DNA of 63,182 nucleotides, the filler included, from Octopus bimaculoides (lineage: Eukaryota): the NCBI RefSeq assembly GCF_001194135.2. It is 5 parts of 5 records of this genome, joined end to end, with 100 filler letters (N's around TTAATTAATTAA, not from the genome) between each part and the next. Parts side by side here need not be neighbours in the genome. Positions count along the whole stretch, not along the records: positions 25,018 to 39,136 come from NC_068988.1; positions 39,237 to 56,323 come from NC_068985.1; 3 more parts are not named here. One strand, given 5' to 3'. A program made the position numbers and the translations under genes. Shown piece by piece: positions 25,018 through 39,525 of the stretch; the first letter of the stretch is position 1, and every line of letters starts with the position of its first letter. The notes under the pieces are model-generated. The model made no database searches. It was given only the letters and a program-made list of their open reading frames with translations, and had not been told where the DNA came from.

Positions 25018-25282
25018 TATATATATATACGAGCGTACACACAGACACGTATATGTATTTCTTTAATGGTATCCGTCGTGTTCTGGCATCCTTGAGCAGC
25101 GCCTTCATTTATTTTCTTTCAGTTTATTAATTTCTTTTCCTTTTCTGCCTGCTTGTTGTTCTATGGTTCACTTTGTATCCGCTGGTTTTCACCGAGAGTA
25201 CCCTTGAATGTGTTTTCTTTCCTTTTTTTTTGTCCGGTATTGTTAAGAATTTATCGGATGATTAGTTTGAATGCTTCATTAA

Positions 25283-25419
<137 letters not shown>

Positions 25420-26399
25420 GCGTTCAAGAGTGTAGAGGCGCAGAGCTTTGACACGTTCTCAGCAATTAAAGCAATTAAAGATTTTACCCGAAATTATTTT
25501 ACTGATAAACGTTCGTTTTAACTCTTTCTCTACTAATGAGACTGGATGAATTTGGCGACAAATGCTGAGATCAGTAGGACAATCTGCTCAGAACTAAGGT
25601 TTTCCATAGAATCAGAAAAAGTACTGGTTCTCTTTCCATGAATCTTCGTTTGATCCATCCTATAAAATGTCTACATTTCTAGATCTATGACATGCATAAT
25701 TTAACATGTTTACTCCTAAATCTCCTATAACAATAGCGTTCTAAATCATTGTGTATGTGGTGTGAAATCGTATTGTTTGTGTTTGTTGTTGCCGTAATGC
25801 AGAACCTGAAATTTTGATGTATTAAATGTCATATTGCTTTTATCTGTCCATTAATGAATATGTTTTAGATCGTTTTGGTGTGTGACAGTCTTTTCTGGAG
25901 TGTGGATTGCCAATGATAGCTTTGCATCACTGGCGTAGCTTGTCAGGTTGGCCAAATTAATTCGTAAATTTTACATGATAAGATGATAAATAGAACCATG
26001 CTCTAATTTATACCACTTCTTAATAGTGATATTAGCGAGAGAAAACCGTTTGCAGCAACAGATTAATTTATACCCTCTAAATAGTTGAAGAACCATTAAA
26101 CGTGTTTTCTTGTTCTATCAAGATATTTTAGCCTATGACAGATGATTCCATGATCAATCTAATGAAGCAGTTTAACCGAATTAGGCTTTATGCAATCCAG
26201 TGTTCATTTCTCGCAAGAGATTATTGAGGATAATATTACAGTGCTGTAATTGTGTAGCAGAAAACTTCGTCGATTTCAAAAACCATGTTGTATACTATTT
26301 AAGACTTACTTTTCTCTCAATGTTTCTTTTGTTGGTTAAATGCACTGTAATATTGTTGACTTAAGAATGCACGGGTATGTGAGGAATAATTCGTGCAAC

Positions 26400-27420
26400 A
26401 TCTCTTTTGGTCATTTAGAGGGTCAATCTAGTTATTTAGGCATGATGTTGCTTGGAAAAGTTGAAAATATATAGGGATTAGACTTCTCCACTGATGGGTA
26501 TTCCTTCAGCGATGTTTCTTTTTCATAAGATAATTTTAGATCCATCTCAATGTATTTTTCTTAATATTTTCGCCACCTCATGTGTTGAGAGATCATGGTT
26601 TTTAGTTGTTTTGTAAGTTTGCTTCTGATATGCATTATTATCCATCTATATCATGGAATTATGTTCTTGCGGGAATACGCGAGTTTAAATGGGATTCCCT
26701 TTCGACATATTTGATTAACACTTCGTTCAGTAACTTCATTTTCTCCTTAACATAGGAGTCGCCAATATGCTGAGTGGATTTCAGTTTCGATTTCCTTCCA
26801 AAAGGTGTCCCTGAATTTCAAGTTTATGAGCTGGGTATCATGTATGACGTTATTTGTGTATATTGCCTTCTTTGAATCATATATAAATAATTGTATAATG
26901 TCATCAGAAATACATGTTGTGAATGAAGTCGTTACTGGTGGTAAAGACTAGGTCGAGTATATTATTTCCCCTAGTTGATGAAGCAATTACCTGTTCTTTA
27001 AGAGTATCGAGAAGTGCGTTCATACTCCTGTTTAGTCGCTTACGTCCAGGTTGTGTATAGGTCAGCTGCGATAAAGGGAATTAAGGTCGCCTGAGCTAGC
27101 CTTACTTAAGTCTTGACTTATGAGGGACAAAGCATCCCTGAAGTCATCTCTGTGAGTAGACACATTAGGAGAACCGTTGGTAATGGTTATGGTCAAACTA
27201 AGATTGATCGCAGGTATTATAAGTGTACGGCATAATGTGTGGAAGTAGGAGATTGATAAATTTGTTCCTATATCTTCATGGATGAAGAGCGCTACTCCTC
27301 CTTATATCCATATTCTATGGCCAGTTGGGTGTAGAATACAACCTAACTTATGTATTTCGGCATTCAATATATCTGGAATCAGGTGTGTTTCACTTAATGC
27401 TACACATAATATCATTTCTT
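26400..27420 (-). mobile_element. CR1/L2-like LINE APE endonuclease region, degenerate
   Basis: Minus strand: CVALSETHL..D..EI, GGVALFIHEDI, GDLN, RGNNILDLVFT (APE motifs in order). Confidence 0.7.
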
Positions 27421-27768
27421 TATGGGCAAAATCTCTTCGGTTCTTTTGTGTGACTAACATTGTACATTTAACAAATTTAGTGTGTTGGATTTGCATATTA
27501 ATAACAGCAATATTTTTTGTTTGTGCACTGAGGTAACAGCAGCGGTTGGTGCTGTATGATATCGTCTTTCACACTCTTCAATCAATTATTTCTGTCGTTG
27601 GTTTACAGTCATGCTGGGGCACCACTTTGAAGGGTTTTCAGCCAAACGAAGGTAATTCATTACTAATATTTTTAGTCAGGTATTATTCGATCTATCTGCT
27701 TTGCTGAAGCGCTCAGTTACGGGAGATATTAAGAAACCAACACTGATAGTCAAACACAGACACAATAA

Positions 27769-27815
<47 letters not shown>

Positions 27816-28939
27816 ATATCTATCTGTCTATAAGTCATCTTCATAACATGTTTCTGTGTACCAGACATTTAGCAGTTATTTGTAGCACGACGAGTGTTCT
27901 GGTGAGGGCTTCATTTGCCTTCCTTGCCTATTTGTTGCTTCAGTAGAAACCTACGGATGCACGAACGCACAAAACGGAGAAAATTAAACAAATATGAACA
28001 TGTTCAGAAACACCCGCGAGTGGGGAACAATTCTCAAAGATAGCCCCCAATTGTGGTCCTCCAAAATTCCTATGTCCTAGAAATTTTCATAATCCGGGGT
28101 ATATTTGTAGAGAATTTCATTAAAAAATATCCATTTTCTTGAAAGTTAACACGAACTGAAGTAGTGGACTCCGGTGAAATTTCCAAAATTCCCGTCCCAA
28201 CCCCTCCTAAAACACTTTCCCCAAAACGTTTGAATATTCGGAATCTACATGATATAACACACATTCGTAGACAATTTCATTAAAATATATCCATTTTTTT
28301 CTGAAAGTTCTGATCATTCAAAATCGGGGGGTGGGGCAGAAATTTGTAGTTATGCCTTTGAATCAAACCCGTAGAGATTTCAGTACAAGCTATTTTTTTC
28401 AAGATTTTCTTCGAAAAGTTTCCAGTATAAACTTTCGGAAATTATGCTCAAAAAGAACAAAATTCTGTGAGTTTTCTCAGTAGCAAAAGCCTTTGTATCA
28501 ATAATGGAAATTTTTTCTTACCTTTTTGCTGAATTCACAAAACTGACTTGTGAGAATAAAATGACCTGTTAATTTTCATCTCTGTTCATATATATGTGTG
28601 TGTGTGTGTGTGTATATGTGCGTTACCAGTACCATAAATGTCTATCTTTGTGTCTTCTTCTCTCTTTCTCTCACTTTCTCTCTTTCTGCCTCTTTCTCTT
28701 CCTTCCCTGATGCTAACCCTTACTTCAACTCCATTTCAACCCATTTCATACCATTCAATTCTTTAATCACTCACTTTCTAACGTCATTCATTGCCCTATC
28801 AGCACTCTGCAGCGCTACATCATTTTTACCAGTCTACTTTTATAGATGGGAATGAGTGATCAAACAGTTCAAAACTGCATCCACACATAGCAGCCTTTAA
28901 AAGGATTTGTGTGCTGGAATATTGTCCTAATAAAACATA

Positions 28940-29665
28940 TTATTTTCGTCAGTTTTCAGGGGCGTTTAGTCTTCATCACTTTTCGTGTGGCTCTTTTGAA
29001 GAAGATAGTCAAAAAACATCATGAATTTTGCATCACAAAAATCTGATGCCATAAACGTCGCTACAGAGGAAACGACATCAACCTTCTTTGGAGCACTTAA
29101 GGAGTGGTGTTTTCACAGCATGGATTGTCTCCTTGTCTCTATCTCAAAGTGATGAACATGACTGAAAAAAACCTTTAAGGAAACCATTTGGAGCTGCATG
29201 ATACAATGCTAGATTTTTTTCCTGGTGCATTTTTTAAATGTCAAAAGACATAGCAACCACTGAGCAGAAACCTTCGTCATGCCAAGTTCATTGTGCAGAA
29301 TATGCTCAACTTTCATACGGATTATGCTAATGGCATTGTCTATTTGAATTATAATCAATCACTTGTCATCCACTGACATGTGGTGAACACGGCCAACGAT
29401 TTCTATGGTCTGTAGCAGTTGCTGGACGGTAAGAGACCTGAAAACAATCCATTCTCCTCCTAAATTGAACTGCCCACTTTTGCTCTGTTGATGAAATTGG
29501 AGCGTTATATGCGAATGTAGCAACCTTGTCTGCGTGAATGTCGTTGGGGACTAAATCCTTTTCTTTCAGATACTTGATAGCACCACGATGCCAAACTTTG
29601 TTCATTTTTCAAGGGAATTTGCTACTAGTTGCATTTGAAGTCTTCTTTGAACAGTCACGTACCAG
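28940..29665 (-). mobile_element. Mariner transposon 5' portion (fossil)
   Basis: MNKVWHRGAIKYLKEKDLVPNDIHADKVAT..KWAVQFRR; LGMTKVSAQW (WVP motif region); VHHFEIETRRQSM; TIR-like GTACGTGACTGTTCAAAG at the 5' end. Confidence 0.85.
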
Positions 29666-32600
29666 TTTAGCTGGAACGAAATGATGCAGTAATTAATAAC
29701 AAAGGTTGAAATTAATCTAAGATCTCACAGTTTTAGACTCACTCTTTCATAGTCAACCTATGGACATTTTAGCCCACTCACATGTATATATTTGTGTGTA
29801 TGTACATATATATATATATATGTGTGTGTGTGTGCATGTTGTGCGTGTGTATATACACATACTTGTGTATGTCAGTCGATATGAATGTGGTCATGTGGAT
29901 CTTTCTGTTTTGTATGTATATACTGAACAAATAATTTTCTATTCATGATTGTGCTTTAGACGGAGAGAGTGAATAGATTTAACATTACTTTAGTAATGTT
30001 AAATATATTCACTACTTTTTTTCTTTAATCTTATGTTTAACTTCTCTTCCTAAAAGCCTTGGTTATTTTCAATTTCTTATCCTGAGCACTAATTTTTCGA
30101 AGTTTGCCTTTGCATTAACATGTAACAAATACTGAAATATAAGCATACTACTTCGATTATATTATTTTCTCAGACTATAAATGTATATATAATTATTTAA
30201 ATAAGAAAAATAAATCATAAAGGTGAAAACTATTATATTCTGAGTAGTTATGCATAGTTTTAGTTTACTTGAAGGATTCAAATTTGGGCAGAATTACCAT
30301 ACACTTTAAGAGACAAATATAAATGTAGACTGGTAAAAATCATGGACGATCCCTATAACGCTTAACGTTCTTTTATCACCTGTACCTGCGCATTATTCAG
30401 GAATTTCCAAGCCAATAATTCCTCTTCAGGTTCACAATCCTTTCTTCGTATGAAATAATTTTCTGATTTGATGTGACAACATAATAATGAATCACATTCC
30501 AAAATATAATTTTCATGCATAACATGTGAAATAATAGTTTTATATTGCACGAATATAATATATATAGTTTGAATTTCACACTATTATTCAGTAAATTATG
30601 TTGCCAAATCAGTATTTCCGTAGAACTAACTTTAGCGTTGGTAGTTTGATGCTCTTGATAAAATCCCTTTCGTAAATTTTTGATACTGAAAAAAATAAGT
30701 AATAAATAATTAAATCCCTTCTGGCAATATATAACTTACACATGAGTCTGTTGAAAATAAGGATAACATATAGAATGTTGTCATCAATGTTACCTTTACA
30801 GAAAAGATGAAAACATCCCTCGTATCAGATATTGAAAGTATTGAAAGTTTCAGTCTGGGAAAAAAGCCGAGGCAGAAATCTGAAACTATTATTAACTTAA
30901 ATTTATCGTCATAATCACTGATGTTGTGATGACTCTTCAGTGACACAGAAGTTCCTTAGGAAACTGTGATGGTGACTTTTATTTGCATAAACATTTGCAT
31001 CACGTTCATTTCAAAGAAGTCTAATTAACTTTAGATTTTGCGTGAAGGGTGCACACACAAACAAAAACATACAGCTACAAATCCGCGCGTGCGCACACAC
31101 ACACATGTACGTATATACCCACTCGTGTGTCTGTGTGTTTGTATATATATATATATATATATATNNNNNNNNNNNNNNNNNNNNNNNNNNNNNNNNNNNN
31201 NNNNNNNNNNNNNNNNNNNNNNNNNNNNNNNNNNNNNNNNNNNNNNNNNNNNNNNNNNNNNNNNNNNNNNNNNNNNNNNNNNNNNNNNNNNNNNNNNNNN
31301 NNNNNNNNNNNNNNNNNNNNNNNNNNNNNNNNNNNNNNNNNNNNNNNNNNNNNNNNNNNNNNNNNNNNNNNNNNNNNNNNNNNNNNNNNNNNNNNNNNNN
31401 NNNNNNNNNNNNATACATATATACATACATAGTCTGAAAGTGTGCGCGATTGTGAATTTTTGAATATATGCATTCCTGTATCTTTCAGTTTCAATATTTC
31501 TTTATATAGAGTTTTATAGCTGATTAAAAACCGAACAGTAGAATTTATATTAAACTCTTTTGATTGAATAATTACAAAAGGATCACAGAAGCTCCTCATT
31601 AGATATCTAAATAAGATTAACGAATGTAAATATAATTTTATATATGAGAAATATTTTCTTCATATAAATTAATTGAAAGTGCTAATTGGATTAGAGTTTC
31701 TTTGATATTAAGAGTTCTAATCAGTATCTTCCTCATTAGCTTTAGCAGATTTATTTCATATAACCGCCCATTAGGCATTTCTCTTTCACAAAAACAGGCT
31801 TCTTATCAATGACATCGGTAAATGTGTATATGTGTGTGCGTTTATTAGTCTGTGTTTATTTATACATATATATCTGTATATATGTGTGTATATATAAACA
31901 TAGAAACACACATATACGCACACAATGTACATGCATTCATAAATTCACATACATGCTCATATAGCACGCGGACAAACATATGCACATACAACACATATAT
32001 GTTCATAAGATTTTCAATGTGGCATGCCTGTGTTTGTGTGGTGAGGGTTGTTGTCAAATGAATTTCGAGAATAACTACTTTCTCATTGCTTTCATATGCC
32101 TCTAAACCTTTGAAAACTTCTTTACCTGAGGCTCTTAAATAACAACCTAGCTGTGATGTTGGTTACGATATGTACTGGCAAACGTATATTTATTCATAAA
32201 TTTTGCATTTTTACAAAATGCATTTCTAGTGCAGCAGTAGATATATAGTTTTGATACCATGGTAGCTGTATGCATGCTTCCATCAATTCTTGATCTCAGG
32301 AAATTTGAGATTTCCTGAATTAAAAAATCTGGTCTGGTGAAACATTTTTCTCTGAACAGCGTTCCATTATTTCTTAAATTGCAACGTAGGGCGACAGTGT
32401 TCCATACAATACTTCAAAATCTTGAAATTTTCAGGCAACGTTTTTTAAGAATGTGGTGCTGAAGTGGGAGGTTCGTTACGGCGTCGGACAAAATGTGATG
32501 TGGTATTTTGACACCATTTTAGGTTCTGGTTAAAGATTCCATCAGGGTCCACCTTGCCTGCCATCCTTTATCGTTCAATAATTAATGTACCATCTAATGA

Positions 32601-33449
32601 CTGGGATTGATATAATCAACTAATGTGTCCCCTTAAAATTGCTGCCGTCTGTCTACAGCAGAAAATATTGGGAGTGACAGTTGGATGGAAGTTTAAAGTT
32701 TTCAACTATTCTTCTTTGTTAACGAACGATGTACAATTTTATTCAGTGTGTGATGTTTGCAGGACCGAAATTTCATTTTGTTTAGTCATCAAGATATATG
32801 TCCCTTTGACTACACAAAAGCTTCGATTATTGAAGCCATTCTCCGTAATATAATCACTTTGGAAGAAAGAAATCTTAGAAAACGGATGACATGACAACGC
32901 ATAGACTGAGAAAGTAAATGAGGCGAGCTTCCATACTGAATCCAGTCAAAGTCGTTTAAAACCACCTTAATGTAGGTGTCACTTGACATTTTTCGCATAT
33001 ATATTACTGGCTAAGAGATTCTCTATTGAAAAGAGAGGGAGATCTGAAGGCACGGCCCCAACTATGTTGAAGTTTATGTATTATTTATTACATCAAGTTT
33101 AAATTATATTCCTGCATCTTTTGTTAGTTTTGTTCAATCTGCCTACACTGCTGTCTTTTAGATTGCTACGGTCAGTATAATAGCATTTGACGACGCTGCT
33201 ATGATAGCCGGTTGAGTTAATAAATGAAAATATGTTACTTGGATGTGTGAAGAAGTAAATGAATAACACCCTCGAACGTTTAACGGCAGGATTCATTGAC
33301 GCACATCACGACAAACAGTGGTCGCCATTTACAATTGACAGCGGCAATTTATTATAAACTGGGAGAGTGATACTGTTCTGAGGTTACAGAAAGCTATTGG
33401 TAGGGTAACACGTAGATTGCCGAAAATATGTGGAATTCATCGAGCTATC

Positions 33450-33646
33450 TTCTTAAAGATATTAATCAGCGTGGTATCGAATTTATTGAACCGCAAAGCG
33501 GTCGAAATGTTCAGTTTTAGATTACCACATGGTTTGTAATTTTGTCGTAAATATTGAAATGCGAAATGTAAATAAAAGAATCATTAAGTATGTATTGTCG
33601 TTGGATTAGATGAAATGTAACTGTGGAATAATTGTCTGTCAGCATC
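33450..33646 (+). repeat. ~195-bp direct repeat, copy 1
   Basis: Aligns along its length with 34531-34727. Confidence 0.85.
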
Positions 33647-33665
33647 ATTCACACACACACACACA

Positions 33666-33736
<71 letters not shown>

Positions 33737-34530
33737 TGGCGACGAGAATTCTTGGAAATTTGTCTGAGCCGTCTGATGTGGCAATCGTGGCAACATGTCC
33801 CTCGACTAAATTCAGTCGCCAAAAGCTGCTATCTATATGAGAAGATTCTTGATTCCACAACGCGTCGATTACACAGGGATTGACTGCTTAATAGACCTAT
33901 CGACTAGTGTGTTTCTGTCGTGGCGCATTTCGGGCTCCCTAGCAGTTACGTTTAGGATCACCGCTAGAAGATTAATGCAGATTCTGGATGGATGTGTAAA
34001 AATTTGAAATGCATTTTCCTTCTGAATTACAAATCATGAGATAATTTATAACAACCTAAATGCATAATAATCTATTTGATTATTATGTTTGAGCAACGTT
34101 AACCTGTTTTACAGTTTCTTACCATCGTTTGTCTATTTTCCTGACAGATATGTTTTTCCTATAAATTCTACATGAATGAATTTTTCTTTTTGCTTCTTTC
34201 TAAATATATTTTTATGGTGATGTGTTTAATAAAATCGTTTTTTATTCTTTTACTTTTGCTTCAGTCTATGTAATATCATTATATTTTTACCATACACTGT
34301 TTGATTCCTATTTCTACAAATGAAAAATGTTTATTCTTAACGTCTGCTTGTTAAATACTTCAGCTATATTAGAGAATTAACGCAAAATCTGAAGCAGAAA
34401 TACACATGTTTTTATTGTAGAAATATCAATAGATTGTTCATTTGCTGGTGTAGTAAGACGGAAAATGAGTTCCTTTCACTTTTTCTGTTACATAAAAAAG
34501 ATACGACAATGAGATGTTTGTAAACTTCAA

Positions 34531-34727
34531 TTCTTAAAGGTATTGATCAGCGCGGTATCGAATTTATTGAAACGCAAAGCAGTCGGAATGTTCAGTTTTA
34601 AATTACCAGGAAATTTGTAATCTTGTCAGAACTATTGAAATGCGAAATGTAAATAAAAGAATCATTAAATATGTATTGTCCTTGGATTGTATGAAACGTA
34701 ACTGTGGAATAATTGTATGTCTGCATC
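34531..34727 (+). repeat. ~195-bp direct repeat, copy 2
   Basis: Aligns along its length with 33450-33646. Confidence 0.85.
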
Positions 34728-34783
34728 TCTCTCCCGCCTCTCTCTATCTGTCTCGCCCTCTTTCTATATCTCTATGCGTATGA

Positions 34784-34788
<5 letters not shown>

Positions 34789-34848
<60 letters not shown>

Positions 34849-34885
34849 TAATAATAATAATAACAAAAATAACAACAATAACAAT
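34789..34885. repeat. (AAT)n microsatellite
   Basis: Direct reading. Confidence 0.95.
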
Positions 34886-35380
34886 AGTAAATTGTGTGCG
34901 TGGGTCATCATTGCGCAGAGTCCAGGCTAGTATGTTCTGCATTATTCCAATTTTAGTATATTTACATCTATGATGCAGTAGACACATAGTCGGGTCAAAT
35001 ATGTGTAGAAACTGCTGTAAGATATATGCATAAGATATTTTTTTAAATTCCATTGTCGTGGCAATTTCATAATAATGCTCTGTGCTCGACTAACACTTCT
35101 TCCTGAATCATAAGCATTTTAAGTTGTACATCAGGTTACTAGTATCGCAATGCCTGAGCGCAATATATATATATGTGTGCGTGTGTGTGTGTGTGTGCGT
35201 GTGTATGTGTGTGTTTGTGTGTGCTTGTGTGTGCGTGTGCGTGTGCGCGCGCGTGTGTGCGTGTGTGTGTGCGTGTGTGTGCGTGTGTGTACAGAAAAAA
35301 GAAAATGGAGATTAAGAAATCGATAAACGTTTATTATTAACAGCAAATTGGCCATCTTCACTCACAGCCGTTTCAATCAA

Positions 35381-35818
35381 TACTCTTTACTCTCTTTTAC
35401 TCTTTTACTTGTTTCAGTCATTTGACTGCCGCCATGCTGGAGCACCGCCTTTAGTCGAGCAAACTGACCCCAGGACTTATTCTTTGGAAGACTAGTACTT
35501 ATTATATCGGTCTCTTTTGCCGAACCACTAAGTGACGGGGACGTAACCACGCCAGCGTCCCCCCAACATCAACCGATGTTGGGGGACAAGCATAGATACA
35601 AACACACACACACATATACATACATATATATATATATATATATACATATATACGACGGGCTTCTTTCAGTTTCCGTCTACCAAATCCACCTACAAAGCTT
35701 TGATCGGCCCGAGGTTATAGTAGAAGACACTTGCCCAAGGTGCCACGCAGTGGGAATAAACCCGGAACCATGTGGTTGGTAAGCAAGCTACTTAACACAC
35801 AGTCACTCCTGCGCCTAT
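35381..35818 (-). mobile_element. SINE family A, near full length
   Basis: tRNA-like head (reverse complement ATAGGCGCAGGAGTGACTGTGTG..GGTTCCGGGTT), internal (TA/CA)n, (ACTCTTTT)n tail. Confidence 0.92.
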
Positions 35819-36853
35819 ACTCAATAAACATTAAATTTCTATTTCTGTGACATGAGGACAGCCTCATCAGAGGAAAAAGATGTTATATGTATGTCTATGA
35901 ATTCACACACACACACACATATATGGACGAGTGTGAGTGTGTGTGTGTGCGTGTATCTGTATGTGTGTGTGCGTGTGTGTGTGTGAGTGAGTGTATTTCA
36001 CAAATAACATGTATCTATCAGCGTGCAGTGTCACACAACGTAACTTCGATGAGTGTTAATAACGTAACTTATAAATGAGCGTTATTACTTTGCATCATTA
36101 ATGGTCCGTCTGGAATATCGTTAGTGATTATTTGCCGATCCGAAATCCATATAAGATAAACATTCCGTAAAAAATTATTCACAAATCCTCAACTAATCAA
36201 CACAATGAATGAAATAATCTGTACCATGTATTAGCAAGTCAATAAATGGTATGTAGCAATTGTCATTTATATGTAAATTATAATAGAAAATTGTTGATAA
36301 TTTTTCATTTTACCAGAGTACGAATAAATTTACTAGATTTGCAATCTAAAATATAATTATAGTGATATAAATAGAGCTTTCAGAAAATAAACGCAACTGG
36401 ATCATTAAAATAAATGCCATTACGTATATTTTCCAAGCAAATTTAATCATTTCACATAAAAAGTAACATAAATAAGATTCACTGCATTTTTAATATTTCA
36501 TTCGTAAACATATGTATGTTAAGCACTGTCTTCCAACGATATTTGATAAGTTTGTCTATCGTTTTCGTATTATCTAACATAATAAACATATTACCTAATA
36601 TATGTTCTTTACCACCAGACAATTTCGTGACTCCCAGTCAGAATAGAAATTGCTCTTGTTTCAACTTTCTGTAAATTTTTACTGATATTTGATAAGATGA
36701 GATACATCGAAACTGGTAATATTTTCTCTATATATATATTTTTTTTATTATTCTTATTAAATCCCCTCTTAAACCGAAATATCTTAGACTTACTTCATTG
36801 CCCCTTCTTTTATTTATAAAAAATTGATTTGTATAGATGTCTAATCTTTCTTC

Positions 36854-36889
<36 letters not shown>

Positions 36890-37209
36890 NNNNNNNNNNN
36901 NNNNNNNNNNNNNNNNNNNNNNNNNNNNNNNNNNNNNNNNNNNNNNNNNNNNNNNNNNNNNNNNNNNNNNNNNNNNNNNNNNNNNNNNNNNNNNNNNNNN
37001 NNNNNNNNNNNNNNNNNNNNNNNNNNNNNNNNNNNNNNNNNNNNNNNNNNNNNNNNNNNNNNNNNNNNNNNNNNNNNNNNNNNNNNNNNNNNNNNNNNNN
37101 NNNNNNNNNNNNNNNNNNNNNNNATATATATATATATATATATATATAGATATATATGTACATACATATATGTACATATATACATATATATAATATATAT
37201 TTGAGGATG

Positions 37210-37580
37210 CTGTTTTCTGTATTTGACTACAGCTATACAGGAGCACCGCCCTTAAATTCTTTTAGTTTGACAAGTAGACCCAAGGACTTATATTCTGAAG
37301 CCTAATACTTATTATAACGTTGTCTTTTGCTGAACTGCTAACTTACGGGGACGTAAACACAAAAACACCAGTCATCAAGTGGTGATGGGCTCAAACAGTA
37401 ACACACACATACACACACACACAAACACATTAACACACGGGCGTCTTGCAGATTCCATGTATTAAATCCATTCGACCCGGAGCTATAGCAGAAGACACTC
37501 GCCCAATGTTCCACGCAGTGGGACTGAACCAGGATCCATGTGGTTGGGAATCAGGCTTCTCTCGACACGACCATACCCGC
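37210..37580 (-). mobile_element. SINE family A, old diverged copy
   Basis: Recognisable blocks GAGCACCGCC, TTACGGGGACGTAAACAC, GCTATAGCAGAAGACACT, CACGCAGTGGGACTGAACC. Confidence 0.75.
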
Positions 37581-38185
37581 CAGAATGTGTGTGTGCACGT
37601 GTGTGTGTATGAGTGTGCGTGCATATGTATGGGTATGCTCATGTGTATAAAAATTATTTCTTCCCGCTGCACCATCCCGGAAGCAATCTCACATAGTTTG
37701 GCATTTTTATACAATATTTCAGCAGATATGTGCATTTCGTATTCAAATTGCATAGGAGTTATTCGCACTTGCACCAGTTTATGCCATGTAAAAGTTATTC
37801 AACTTTTATCAAAGTTATTCAAGTCCCTTTAACATATTTGATTGTGTTACTGTAATTATCCTTACACTTATCTACATAACTGCCATTTGCTTTAACTGCT
37901 TTCATTTTGGTAAGTTATGTAAGAGATGGGTAATTATATTTTAACTCATAATGTATTTTATGTGTGTCACACAGGAGAAGGTGCTTGGTGGAATTTCATT
38001 TAGGATTAGTTTCACCCGCAGTTGACATTGCCTTTCATCCTTTTGGGTTAGAGAAAATAAATATCACTTCACCACTGGGAGTAATGTTGATCAACAAGAA
38101 CCCTCTGCTAAAAGTTCAGGTTTGGTGACAACCATAGATTAAAAGAATAATATATTCATTAATATATATATATGCACGCGTGCAA

Positions 38186-38237
<52 letters not shown>

Positions 38238-39048
38238 ACATTTTGCATTAAAACCAGTTTAGCAATAATTGAATGATTACTAAATAATTTATAATAGAGT
38301 ACTCGTTGCTATCGAAAATATATTCACGTGAATATTTCCTGGAAATATTTTTACGAAATTGCAGAGAAAGGAAATCAAATCCCATTGGCTTGACTATAAT
38401 ATCACTGAGAAATTATTAATTGCGCTGCCTCTAAATTTATATGTTACATGTACCTTGTATATGATTCAATTGTCATGACAGTATTTCTTGTTATTTGTTT
38501 TTAATCACAAATTAATTAGAATTTTATGCTACTTAAATGTACATTTTGAACATTAAACCAATCCCATTATCAATAATTAATTGTTTCGCCTTGTTTGTAT
38601 ATTTACAGATTACTTCAATGAGACACAGCAAAATATTAAAAACACTTTATATTACTATGTATTCTAAATGTATAAATAGTGTAGGTATTTCAGTCCTGAA
38701 GGAGAAGTTTGCAGTTTTCACTTAAATATTATTTGCATTTTATTCAAAGTCAATTAGGTGTATGCTATCGAATTTGAAAATATGTATATACATTAAAATT
38801 CTGAAATTATCAAGGAATTTGTGGTTCAAGACTACTTTTTAATGTGTATGGTAAGATACGTTCATTGATATCAAGATTTCAGTACTATGCTATTTCCTGA
38901 GTATGATTGTATTATCTATAGACATCAGATATAAATTAAATTCTTAAACAAAGGAACCTCATTTAAAAGTAATCATTATTTTTCTGTATTTTGAATGCTG
39001 TTCCGTATATTGTATTAGATTTATTTAATCTATTAGAAATAACAAGGA

Positions 39049-39136
<88 letters not shown>

Positions 39137-39236
39137 NNNNNNNNNNNNNNNNNNNNNNNNNNNNNNNNNNNNNNNNNNNNTTAATTAATTAANNNNNNNN
39201 NNNNNNNNNNNNNNNNNNNNNNNNNNNNNNNNNNNN
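39137..39236. other. Artificial scaffold linker
   Basis: 44 N + TTAATTAATTAA (39181-39192) + 44 N. Confidence 0.92.
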
Positions 39237-39525
39237 CCGAAGTCGACTTTGACTTTCATCTTTTCGTAGTTCTCGGGGAGATTCAGCGTGACACAGTGTG
39301 ACAAGACCCTTTGAATTACAGGCACAACAGAAACAGGAAGTAAGAGTGAGAGAAAGTTGTGGTGGAAGAGTATAGCTGGGTTCGCCACCATTCCCTGCCG
39401 GAGCCTCGTGGAGCTTTTAGGTGTTTTCGCTCAATAAACACTCACAGTGCCCGGTCTTGGAATCGAAACCGCGATCTTATGACCACGAGTCCGCTGCCCT
39501 AACAACTGGGCCATTGCGCCTCCAC
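39237..39525 (-). mobile_element. tRNA-derived SINE, family C
   Basis: Reverse-complement head GTGGAGGCGCAATGGCCCAGTTGTTAGGGCAGCGGACTCG..GGTTTCGATTCC with A and B boxes. Confidence 0.85.

Noticed and set aside
32760-33000. Possible Tc1/mariner 'PLDY' remnant
   Set aside because: Only a 4-5 residue resemblance; not supportable.
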